From positions 1 to 36,655 of the forward strand of contig JAUYFS010000033.1 in the NCBI GenBank assembly GCA_030689665.1: a DNA stretch of 36,655 bases, in the 5' to 3' direction. This stretch comes from a bacterium. Its GTDB lineage: Bacteria > Patescibacteriota > Minisyncoccia > Minisyncoccales > JAUYFS01. The position numbers and the translations under genes are program-made. The notes under the pieces are model-generated. The model saw nothing but the letters and a program-made list of their open reading frames with translations, had not been told where the DNA came from and did no database searches. Below, piece by piece: positions 1 through 7,658 of this stretch; position 1 is the stretch's first letter; each line of letters begins with the position of its first letter.

Positions 1-2
1 AA

Positions 3-74
3 GAGTTTGATGGAAGAAACCTTACGGTTAATGAAGCCAGACCGATGAAAAAGGATTTTTTTAAAAAATTCTAA
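3..74 (+). CDS. RNA-binding protein (RRM/RNP-1 family), 3' end only
   Basis: Hand translation EFDGRNLTVNEARPMKKDFFKKF*; GRxLxVNEARP is the typical C-terminal strand of bacterial RRM proteins; TAA at 72-74. Confidence 0.85.
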   Translation, partial: EFDGRNLTVNEARPMKKDFFKKF

Positions 75-83
75 AGAAGACTC

Positions 84-126
84 AAAACAAAAAACCTTGC
101 CGCTTTGCGGCAAGGTTTTTGTTTTT
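84..126 (+). terminator. Intrinsic terminator, probably bidirectional
   Basis: AAAACCTTGCCGC-TTT-GCGGCAAGGTTTT hairpin (91-119) with an A-tract before and a T-tract after. Confidence 0.85.
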
Positions 127-127
127 C

Positions 128-156
128 TTGATTTTTTCTGATTTTTGTGTTATCTT
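128..156 (+). promoter_or_regulatory. Putative sigma70 promoter
   Basis: TTGATT(128-133)-N17-TATCTT(151-156) with extended -10 TG at 148-149. Confidence 0.45.
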
Positions 157-176
157 TTTTAAAAAGAGGTATTTTG

Positions 177-362
177 ATGATAAAACAAGGAATGGTGTTA
201 ACTAAAGAACAGCTTGAAGAACACGAACTTCGTTTTTCCACAACTTTTTCGGATTGTCTGGTATATATAAAAAAAGCAGAAAGAAAGACGATTTTTGTCT
301 TCTGGAATCCAAAAACTGGCGAAGTGGAGCTGATTTTACCAAGAAATTGTATTATATCTTAG
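177..362 (+). CDS. Small hypothetical protein (61 aa)
   Basis: ATG 177 preceded by AAGAGGT; the track's GTG 147 lies inside the putative promoter; followed by a terminator-like hairpin. Confidence 0.55.
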   Translation: MIKQGMVLTKEQLEEHELRFSTTFSDCLVYIKKAERKTIFVFWNPKTGEVELILPRNCIIS

Positions 363-372
363 AATCTTAGAT

Positions 373-420
373 GTCGGATTTTTTTCGTCTTTTGGGGCGG
401 GGGATTTCCGACCTTTTTTT
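373..420 (+). terminator. Putative intrinsic terminator rich in G-U pairs
   Basis: GTCGGA(373-378)...TCCGAC(407-412) enclosing a T-rich/G-rich wobble stem, followed by a T run. Confidence 0.5.
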
Positions 421-445
421 ATTTCTGATTATTTTCTATAATAAA

Positions 446-561
446 TTCACCCTCCCAAATTTTTGGTTTAGAAGGGTTAAAGTCAAAGAATGGCATTAAA
501 AATTAAATAAAACTTAATATTCCTTCCATTTTTAGTAAAGTCAAAAACTTAGGAGGGTGAA
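446..561. repeat. Family A palindromic element, long form (A1)
   Basis: TTCACCCTCCCAAATTTTTGG ... TCAAAAACTTAGGAGGGTGAA imperfect terminal inverted repeats around an AT-rich spacer; core 449-558 (110 bp). Confidence 0.9.
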
Positions 562-569
562 ATAAAAAA

Positions 570-3407
570 ATGGAATCAAATTTAAAAAACCTAAATAAGG
601 AACAAAAACAGGCGGTTATTTACAAACAAGGCCCGGTTTTGATAATCGCCGGGGCTGGAACCGGAAAAACAGCGGTGATAGCGCAGAGAGTGGTTTATTT
701 GATAGAAAAAAAACTCGCCAAACCAGAGGAAATTTTGGCGCTTACTTTTACTGATAAAGCGGCTGAAGAAATGGTTGAAAGGGTTGATGATTTGCTTTCT
801 TTCGGATACGCGGATTTGTGGATTTCCACATTTCATTCTTTTTGCGAAAGGATTTTGCGAGAAAATGGTTTGGATATCGGGATTTCAACTGATTTTAAAT
901 TATTAGACGAAACCAGCGCCTGGCTTTTGGTGAGGCAAAACCTGAACAGATTTAAATTTGATTATTACAAGCAGCTGGGAAATCCCAACAAATTTATTCA
1001 GGCGCTGATTTCCCATTTTTCCAGATGCAAGGACCAAGAAATTTATCCCGACGATTATTTGAGTTTTGCAAAAAAACAAAAAGAAGACAAAAAACGCTTG
1101 AATGAAGTGGCGGAAACTTACAAAACATACCAAGATTTGCTTTTGGAAAATAATTGCCTTGATTTTGGCGATTTAATAAATTTTTGTCTGGAACTTTTTA
1201 AAAAAAGACCGAAAATTTTAAAAAAATACAGGGATAAATTCAAATACATTCTGGTTGACGAGTTTCAGGACACAAACTGGGTTCAGTATGAACTGGTAAA
1301 ATTATTAGGGGAGCCGAAAAATAATTTAACGGTTTGCTTCGACGACGACCAGTCAATTTACGCTTGGCGAGGCGCTTCTTACAGAAATGTGGTTCAGTTT
1401 AGAAAAGATTTTGCCAAAGCAAAGGAAATAGCGCTAATAAATAATTATCGCTCCACGCAAAACATTTTAGATTTAGCTTATAAATTTATTCAAGCAAATA
1501 ATCCAAATAGGTTAGAGTTTATAAATGGCATAAATAAACAGCTAATAAGTTCTAGTAAGGAAAAAGGATTTATTGAGCACCTTCATTTTAAAACCCTGGA
1601 CCAGGAAATAATCGGCGTTGTTGATAAAATCGCGGAAATTTTAGAAAAAGACAAAACAGCCACATTCAGCGATTTTGCAATTTTAGCCAGAACCAACGAA
1701 GGCGCTGGGAATTTTTCCCGGGTTTTGGAAAGAGAGGGTTTGCCCTTCCAATTTTTGGCTTTAAGAGGAATGTATTCAAAGCCGATTATTTTGGACATAA
1801 TTTCTTATTTCAAGCTTTTGGACAATTATCACGAAAGTTCGGCAATGTTTCGCGTTTTAAATTTGCCGTTTCTCAAAATTTCAACTGAAGATATCGCGAA
1901 AATAACCCATTACAGCCACAAAAGAAATAGGTCTATTTACGAGAGTTTGTCAGAGTTGCCGGCAATCGGAGGAATTTCCAATGATTCTGAGAAAAAAATA
2001 AACTTGATTTTATCCTTGATAAAAAAACACTCGGAATTGGCAAAAGAAAAAAATGTTTCTGAAATTTTTATTTCTTTTCTTAAAGATTCCGGATATTTGG
2101 AATATCTGGCGAAAAAAGAGAGAAGAGAAGATTTTGACTTAATAAACCAGTTTTATGAAAAAATTAGAAATTTTGAAACAGCGAATTTAGACCCGATTCT
2201 CAAAAATTTTATGGTTGAAATGAATTTGGAACTGGAATCAGGGGAACAGGGGAAATTGAGTTTTGATGTGGAAACAGGACCTGATGTTATAAAAATAATG
2301 ACTGTTCACGCGGCAAAGGGTTTGGAATTCAAATATGTTTTTCTGGCGAATTTGGTTGATAAAAGATTTCCGGTTGATAATAGAAAGGATTCAATTGAAA
2401 TTCCCGAGGGCTTGATTAAGGATAAAATTCCTGAGGGCGATGTTCATTTAGAGGAAGAAAGAAGGTTGTTTTATGTGGGAATGACCAGGGCTAAAAGAGG
2501 ATTGTTTTTTTCTTCGGCTGAAAATTACGGCGGAATCAAAAAAAAGAAAATTTCCAGATTTTTGGCAGAACTTGGATTTAACGCCGGCAACATTGAATCA
2601 AATGAAGTAAATTTCAATACCAAAGAGAGAAAAATAAACAAGGAAAAAGAGGCGCACGAATTTTTACTGCCCAAATATTTTTCTTTTACCCAATTCAAAG
2701 CGTTTGACAATTGCCCTTTGCAATATAAATTTGCCCATATTTTAAAAATACCGGTCAGGGGCAAGGCGTCTTTCAGTTTTGGAAAAACAATCCACAACGC
2801 TTTATTTGATTTTGTTAAATTGGCTTCAGAACAAGGGCAAAAAATAGGTTTTGATAAATTATTTGGGATTTATGAAAAAAACTGGATTGACGAATGGTTT
2901 AAAGACAAAGAGCAGAAAAAAGAATATTTTGAGCAAGGAAAAAAATCTTTAGAAAAATTTTATGATGATTTTCGCGAAGAAAAACCGGAAATTGTTAAAA
3001 TTGGCGATGATTTGGCCCTGGAAAAAGATTTTAATTTGAAAATCGGAGGCCAGACAATTATCGGGAAAATTGACAGAATCGATAAGATTGGGGAACAAAT
3101 AGAAATAATTGATTACAAAACAGGAGCTTTCAAGGAAAAATTGGAAAAAGACGACAAAGAACAGTTGTTGCTTTACCAGATTGCCGCTGAAGAGGTTTTT
3201 AAAATTGAGCCCAAAAAATTAACCTATTATTATTTAGACCAAGGGCAAAAAATTTCATTTTTGGGAAGCGAAAAAGAAAAACAGGAATTAAAAGAAAAAA
3301 TTAATTCAAGAATTGAGAAAATAAAACAAAGCAAATTTGAGCCAACGCCCGGATGGCAGTGCGGCAGCTGTGATTTTAGGGATATTTGTGAATCTGCCAA
3401 AAAATAA
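570..3407 (+). CDS. UvrD/PcrA-type SF1 helicase fused to a C-terminal PD-(D/E)XK nuclease with putative Fe-S cysteines (AdnB/AddA-like)
   Basis: AGAGTGKT Walker A, LVDEFQD, NNYRS, MTVHAAKGLEF, EERRLFYVGMTRA; C-terminal GKIDRID..IIDYKT, QLLLY; Cys in FDNCPLQY and QCGSCDFRDIC. Confidence 0.93.
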   Translation: MESNLKNLNKEQKQAVIYKQGPVLIIAGAGTGKTAVIAQRVVYLIEKKLAKPEEILALTFTDKAAEEMVERVDDLLSFGYADLWISTFHSFCERILRENGLDIGISTDFKLLDETSAWLLVRQNLNRFKFDYYKQLGNPNKFIQALISHFSRCKDQEIYPDDYLSFAKKQKEDKKRLNEVAETYKTYQDLLLENNCLDFGDLINFCLELFKKRPKILKKYRDKFKYILVDEFQDTNWVQYELVKLLGEPKNNLTVCFDDDQSIYAWRGASYRNVVQFRKDFAKAKEIALINNYRSTQNILDLAYKFIQANNPNRLEFINGINKQLISSSKEKGFIEHLHFKTLDQEIIGVVDKIAEILEKDKTATFSDFAILARTNEGAGNFSRVLEREGLPFQFLALRGMYSKPIILDIISYFKLLDNYHESSAMFRVLNLPFLKISTEDIAKITHYSHKRNRSIYESLSELPAIGGISNDSEKKINLILSLIKKHSELAKEKNVSEIFISFLKDSGYLEYLAKKERREDFDLINQFYEKIRNFETANLDPILKNFMVEMNLELESGEQGKLSFDVETGPDVIKIMTVHAAKGLEFKYVFLANLVDKRFPVDNRKDSIEIPEGLIKDKIPEGDVHLEEERRLFYVGMTRAKRGLFFSSAENYGGIKKKKISRFLAELGFNAGNIESNEVNFNTKERKINKEKEAHEFLLPKYFSFTQFKAFDNCPLQYKFAHILKIPVRGKASFSFGKTIHNALFDFVKLASEQGQKIGFDKLFGIYEKNWIDEWFKDKEQKKEYFEQGKKSLEKFYDDFREEKPEIVKIGDDLALEKDFNLKIGGQTIIGKIDRIDKIGEQIEIIDYKTGAFKEKLEKDDKEQLLLYQIAAEEVFKIEPKKLTYYYLDQGQKISFLGSEKEKQELKEKINSRIEKIKQSKFEPTPGWQCGSCDFRDICESAKK

Positions 3408-3408
3408 C

Positions 3409-3526
3409 ACTCTTCCAAGTTTTGGCTTGAGGATCTAGGAATAACAAATAGAATTTCAGCTTAACAAAAATAACATTTAACCCTTAGAATTTTGTTTTTT
3501 TAAAAGCCAAAATTTAGGAGGGTAAA
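3409..3526. repeat. Family A element, long form (A2)
   Basis: ACTCTTCCAAGTTTTGGCTT ... AAGCCAAAATTTAGGAGGGTAAA; core 3409-3523 (115 bp), beginning just after the uvrD stop. Confidence 0.85.
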
Positions 3527-3546
3527 GGTCGCTGAGATTTTAAAAA

Positions 3547-3610
3547 TTCACCCTGTTAAATACTGCTTTGCAATAATTTCGCTGAAAGCGAAATTATTTA
3601 ACAGAGTAAA
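3547..3610. repeat. Family C palindromic element (C1)
   Basis: TTCACCCTGTTAAATA ... TATTTAACAGAGTAAA with inner hairpin AATAATTTCGC-TGAAA-GCGAAATTATT. Confidence 0.85.
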
Positions 3611-3614
3611 AATT

Positions 3615-4376
3615 ATGATTGATTTAAAAAATAAGGTTGCAATTATTACCGGAGCCAGAAGGGGCATGGGAAGGACACACGCTTTAATAATGGCTCAAGC
3701 AGGAGCAAGAGTAGCAATTTCCGATATTTCTTTGGAAGAATGCGAAAATGTTGTTTCTGAAATTGAGGCGCAGGCCGGGGAGGCAATGGCTTTTAAGTGC
3801 GATGTTACAAATGCCGAAGAAATCAATGAGATGGTAAAAAGGGTTGTTGGTGAGTGGGGCAAGATTGATATTTTGGTAAATAATGCAGGCGTTTTTTCTT
3901 TGAAACCATTTGTTGAAATGACGGAAAAAGATTGGGATTTTGTTTTGGATATAAATTTGAAAGGATATTTTTTAATGGCAAAATCAGTTGTGCCGCATAT
4001 GATTAAAAATAACAGCGGTTCCATTATAAATATTTCTTCAATTGCTTCAGGACAAGTTGGAATTGGGTTTGCCGCGGCAACCCATTATGTTGCTTCAAAG
4101 GGCGGAATTTCCGGTTGGACAGAGGCATTGGCAGTGGAGTTAGCGCCTCATAATATCAGAGTAAATGCGATTTCTCCGGGCCTGATTGACACGCCGATGA
4201 TAGATGTGATTAAAGAAAATAAAGAAGCGGAAAAAGCGGTTTTAGACAAGATTCCTATGAAAAGAGCGGGCAAGCCAGAAGAAATTTCATATATGGTGGC
4301 ATTTTTAGCTTCTGATATGGCTTCTTATATGACTGGTTCTAATGTTGTGATTGACGGTGGAATGTTGGCTGGCTAG
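3615..4376 (+). CDS. Short-chain dehydrogenase/reductase (FabG-like)
   Basis: TGARRGMG, NNAG, YVASK catalytic motif, VNAISPG, DGG. Confidence 0.93.
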   Translation: MIDLKNKVAIITGARRGMGRTHALIMAQAGARVAISDISLEECENVVSEIEAQAGEAMAFKCDVTNAEEINEMVKRVVGEWGKIDILVNNAGVFSLKPFVEMTEKDWDFVLDINLKGYFLMAKSVVPHMIKNNSGSIINISSIASGQVGIGFAAATHYVASKGGISGWTEALAVELAPHNIRVNAISPGLIDTPMIDVIKENKEAEKAVLDKIPMKRAGKPEEISYMVAFLASDMASYMTGSNVVIDGGMLAG

Positions 4377-4381
4377 ATTTT

Positions 4382-4440
4382 TAAAAGCCCTGCGGGGTTA
4401 AAAGCCCTGCGGGGTCTGACCCCGCAGGGCTTTTATTTTT
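4382..4440 (+). terminator. Terminator-like perfect 17-bp hairpin with duplicated left arm
   Basis: TAAAAGCCCTGCGGGGT at 4382-4398 and 4399-4415, loop CTG, reverse complement at 4419-4435, then a T run. Confidence 0.75.
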
Positions 4441-4454
4441 GGTAGAATAAAAAC

Positions 4455-5483
4455 ATGGCAATAAATTTACAAGAAAAATTTTTAAAGATAATTTTATATT
4501 TTATCATTTTGTTTTTAATTTTTTCAGTTTTGTTTTGCTATTTTTCCCGAAGCGAATCTTCCGAAGAAATATCAGCGAGTGTTTATGTCTCTGAAAAACC
4601 GCTGCATGAATTATTGTTTTTGGGGGATATGATGTTTGACAGGGGCGTTGAATATCAGATCGCAAAAAATCAAAATGATTTTTCTTATCCTTTCAAAAAA
4701 ATCAAAAATCTTTTAACCGAAGAAAAAATTATTGTTGCCAATTTAGAAGGTCCGATAAATTGCGCTCCGGCGCAATTTTCAGATAAATCTTTGAAATTTT
4801 CATTTGATTGCCGAATCGCTGAAAAATTGTCGGTTTTTGACCTGTTGTCTTTGGCTAATAACCATACTTTTAATACGGGAGAAAACGGCTTAAAAGAAAC
4901 AAAAAAGATTTTGGCAAGCAAAGGAATTAAGTATATTGGGCATCCTTTTTATCTTGAGAATTGTTTTTTGGATTACGAGAATTTGGTTTTTTTCGCCGTT
5001 AATCAGACCTATCCGTTTAATCCTTTGCCAGAGCAAGTTGTTGAAAAATTAAAAGAAGTTTCCGATGATAAATTTTTAATTGTTTTAGTCCATTGGGGCG
5101 AAGAATATCAATCTGAAAGCAATAATTCCCAAAAAAATTTAGCCCGCTTATTGGTTGATAACGGGGCAGATTTGATTATTGGCGGCCATTCCCACACCAT
5201 TCAGGAAGTTGAAAAATACAAGAATAAATTAATTTTTTATTCTTTGGGGAATTTTATCTTTGACCAGTATTTTTCAATTGAAACGCAAGAAAATTTAGGC
5301 GTTAGTTTGAAGATTTTTGAAAATAAATTAATTTTTTCTTTGATTCCGATTGACAGCGAACTTTCACAGCCATTTGTTTTAGAGGGAAAAGAAAAAGAGC
5401 AATTTCTGAAAGAATTGTCCGAAAAATCCGGCGAGGACTTAAGAAAAGATTTAGAAAAAGGAACAATAATCTTGAAACATTAG
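4455..5483 (+). CDS. CapA/PgsA family (PGA_cap) metallophosphoesterase with N-terminal membrane anchor
   Basis: GDMMFDRGV, ANLEGP, LANNH, HWGEEY, GGHSH, YSLGNFIFDQ. Confidence 0.92.
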   Translation: MAINLQEKFLKIILYFIILFLIFSVLFCYFSRSESSEEISASVYVSEKPLHELLFLGDMMFDRGVEYQIAKNQNDFSYPFKKIKNLLTEEKIIVANLEGPINCAPAQFSDKSLKFSFDCRIAEKLSVFDLLSLANNHTFNTGENGLKETKKILASKGIKYIGHPFYLENCFLDYENLVFFAVNQTYPFNPLPEQVVEKLKEVSDDKFLIVLVHWGEEYQSESNNSQKNLARLLVDNGADLIIGGHSHTIQEVEKYKNKLIFYSLGNFIFDQYFSIETQENLGVSLKIFENKLIFSLIPIDSELSQPFVLEGKEKEQFLKELSEKSGEDLRKDLEKGTIILKH

Positions 5484-5494
5484 AAAGTCTAATG

Positions 5495-5556
5495 TCCTGC
5501 CACCTATCCGCCAGTTGGCGGATTAATTTCATAGGCGGGATCCCGCTTTGGCGGGA
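5495..5556. repeat. Nested/tandem palindrome cluster (family D with a family E insert)
   Basis: TCCTGCCAC..[TCCGCC-AGTT-GGCGGA 5507-5522]..TAGGCGGGA joined directly to TCCCGC-TTTG-GCGGGA. Confidence 0.8.
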
Positions 5557-5696
5557 AAAATTTAAAATTAGACAACAAGCCAGCCGATAAAAAAATAATC
5601 CCCAATAAAATTTTAAAAAAAATAAAAACTGAGCTGAAAAAAGAATTTAAAAAAGGCAAAATTCCGTGGAAAAAAGAATATGATGTCAAGGGATAA
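5556..5696 (+). pseudogene. Open Lys-rich frame lacking an in-frame ATG; possibly a small gene interrupted after ATG 5492
   Basis: KNLKLDNKPADKKIIPNKILKKIKTELKKEFKKGKIPWKKEYDVKG*; in-frame TAG at 5532-5534 inside the repeat cluster. Confidence 0.35.
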
Positions 5697-5772
5697 AACC
5701 AGCAAAAGCAGGGTCAGACCCTCTTTTTTTGTCCCCTCTTTTTGTGTCGCATAAGCTGCGGGTAGGATTTGA

Positions 5773-5801
5773 TTGTATGGGTTTTTTATTTGCGATATAA
5801 T
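5773..5801 (+). promoter_or_regulatory. Putative sigma70 promoter
   Basis: TTGTAT-N17-TATAAT. Confidence 0.5.
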
Positions 5802-5828
5802 TATTAAAAGTATTAAACATTTAAATTT

Positions 5829-7250
5829 ATGAACCCAAAAGGATTTTCTAATATTTTAATAATCGGTTTAGTTGTTTTATTTTTAGCTGGCGGCACTGGC
5901 TTTTTTTATTTATGGAATAAAAATAAGCAGACAGAAGAGAATCTACAAACCACTAAATTATTTACTATTCCCGAGAAACACGAATGTTTTTCTTTAATTA
6001 TTGGTCCTGATAATAAACAATTTGCGTATGTGGTGGGACAACAATATGAGCAAGGGAAAAAATTTGTTGTCGTAAATGGAAATGAGCACAAAAAATATGA
6101 TTATATTGATATCGACAGCTTGAGTTTTAGTTCAGGCGGCAAACATTTTGTTTATATAGCGGCAAACGACGTAATATGGCCGTATAAAAGTCCAGCGCTA
6201 GCGGGTGGAAAGTGGTGGGTTGTTATTGATGGCGTGGAGCAAAAGGAATATAACAACATTCATTCTTTTACTTTCAGTGCTGATGGGGAACAATTTGCCT
6301 ATGTAGCTAGCAAGAGCACTTATAAGTTAAGTTCCAATATTGTTTATGCGGCAGGGGATAATTTGGACTATAAAGAGTTTATCGTATTGAATGGTAAAGA
6401 ACAAAAGAATTATTATAGAATTCATTCTCCGGTTTTTAGTCCTGATAATAGCCGATTTGCCTTTATAGGTGCTCAGGAGCAAGGGAAAGAATTTCTTGTT
6501 TTAGATGGAGAAGAACAGGAGAACCTTTACGGCCGAATTCACTCTTTATCTTTTAGCGCGGACGGTCAGCAGATTGCATATGTAACTATTTTGTCTAGTT
6601 GGCCAATTAGTACACAAATTCTTGTCTTGAATGGAGTAGAACAGAAACGATATAATAGCATCGATGAGGTTGTTTTTCATCCTGGAGGAAAGTTTACCTA
6701 TAGGGGTTATGACGGAGAAACCAATCATTTTTTGGTGGTAGATAAAAAAGAATACAAAAATGGGAAAAGTCCCGTTTTCAGTCAAAACAATAAACACTTT
6801 GCCTATGTGTTAAGTGAAGCGAAAAATTCGGCTATGGTTCTGGATGGGACAGCACAACAAAACGGTAGTAATATAATCAGCCCCGTCGTTTTTAGTGAAG
6901 ACGGCAAACATTATATTTATGTTGTGCGGCCTATGGGTCCAGATTATTTACAAAAAGGAACCTCAAAGGCATTTGTGGTGGTAGATGGAATAGCTAAACC
7001 GGAAACAAATGCTGATAATATTATATTTCCGACCTTAAGTTCTGACGGGAAAAACTTTTCTTATGTTGTACAAAAATATAATACGATGAGTTATATTATT
7101 ATAAATGAAGAAGGATTGTCCCAAAACAAAAAAGGATGGTATCAATATGACCAAGTTTGGCAACCGATATTTACTAAAGACGGGAAAAATCTAATTTATA
7201 ACGCCCTTGTAGGAAGAGAAATTTGGTTAATAGTTAATAGTGTAAATTAA
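5829..7250 (+). CDS. Membrane-anchored beta-propeller repeat protein (TolB/PD40-like) with prepilin-like N-terminus
   Basis: MNPKG|FSNILIIGLVVLFLAGG leader; ~9 repeats resembling FSxDGxxFAYVA....xVxxG. Confidence 0.8.
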   Translation: MNPKGFSNILIIGLVVLFLAGGTGFFYLWNKNKQTEENLQTTKLFTIPEKHECFSLIIGPDNKQFAYVVGQQYEQGKKFVVVNGNEHKKYDYIDIDSLSFSSGGKHFVYIAANDVIWPYKSPALAGGKWWVVIDGVEQKEYNNIHSFTFSADGEQFAYVASKSTYKLSSNIVYAAGDNLDYKEFIVLNGKEQKNYYRIHSPVFSPDNSRFAFIGAQEQGKEFLVLDGEEQENLYGRIHSLSFSADGQQIAYVTILSSWPISTQILVLNGVEQKRYNSIDEVVFHPGGKFTYRGYDGETNHFLVVDKKEYKNGKSPVFSQNNKHFAYVLSEAKNSAMVLDGTAQQNGSNIISPVVFSEDGKHYIYVVRPMGPDYLQKGTSKAFVVVDGIAKPETNADNIIFPTLSSDGKNFSYVVQKYNTMSYIIINEEGLSQNKKGWYQYDQVWQPIFTKDGKNLIYNALVGREIWLIVNSVN

Positions 7251-7275
7251 AGAAAAAAGCAGTGATTACTTTTGG

Positions 7276-7302
7276 CTCTCTGGGTGTTTCCGGAGAGATT
7301 TT
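7276..7302 (+). terminator. Possible terminator
   Basis: CTCTCTGGG-TGTT-TCCGGAGAG followed by ATTTT, downstream of the propeller gene. Confidence 0.4.
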
Positions 7303-7377
7303 ACTATTGCTGATTGGGGTTGATTTTTTTGTAAGATGTGCTCTTAAAATAAATTAAACCAAAGGGGGTTGGTACAA

Positions 7378-7583
7378 ATGAGTTTTGCTGTAAACCCGAA
7401 CATCAGCATCAGAGATTTTTTGTGAAAGATCCGAAATCACATGGTTTTGTGGTTGTAGACTCGGGACATTATCTCACAAAAAAAGGAGAATGGAAACGCA
7501 TTCCTCCTAATTCTGAAGGAATTTTCCCCGATGACGCTTTAAGAATATCAATGTTGAAAAAACCGGTAGCAACCGGCAAATAA
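7378..7583 (+). pseudogene. Small ORF split by a frameshift at a T6 run
   Basis: AAGGGGG then ATG 7378; TGA at 7423-7425; adding one T to 7416-7421 gives a 68-aa ORF ending TAA 7583. Confidence 0.35.
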
Positions 7584-7614
7584 TGTCCACATTTTTTGTG
7601 GGCGTTCGTTTTTT
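7582..7614 (+). terminator. Putative intrinsic terminator
   Basis: AATGTCCACA/TGTGGGCGTT stem with G-U pairs, then CG and T6. Confidence 0.55.
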
Positions 7615-7658
7615 AAGGGTTGGTTTTGTGGTAAAATATACAACAATATGGCGACAAA

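Noticed and set aside
2700-3407. C-terminal nuclease as Cas4 indicating a CRISPR-Cas locus
   Set aside because: It is fused to a UvrD helicase in the AdnB/AddA arrangement, with no cas1/cas2 or array nearby
3409-3523. Long family A elements as integron attC sites
   Set aside because: No RYYYAAC/GTTRRRY core ends, they flank housekeeping genes, and no integrase is present
5302-5689. Minus-strand ORFs 5302-5532 and 5504-5689
   Set aside because: They run through palindromic repeats and are antisense to capA or to a more protein-like + frame
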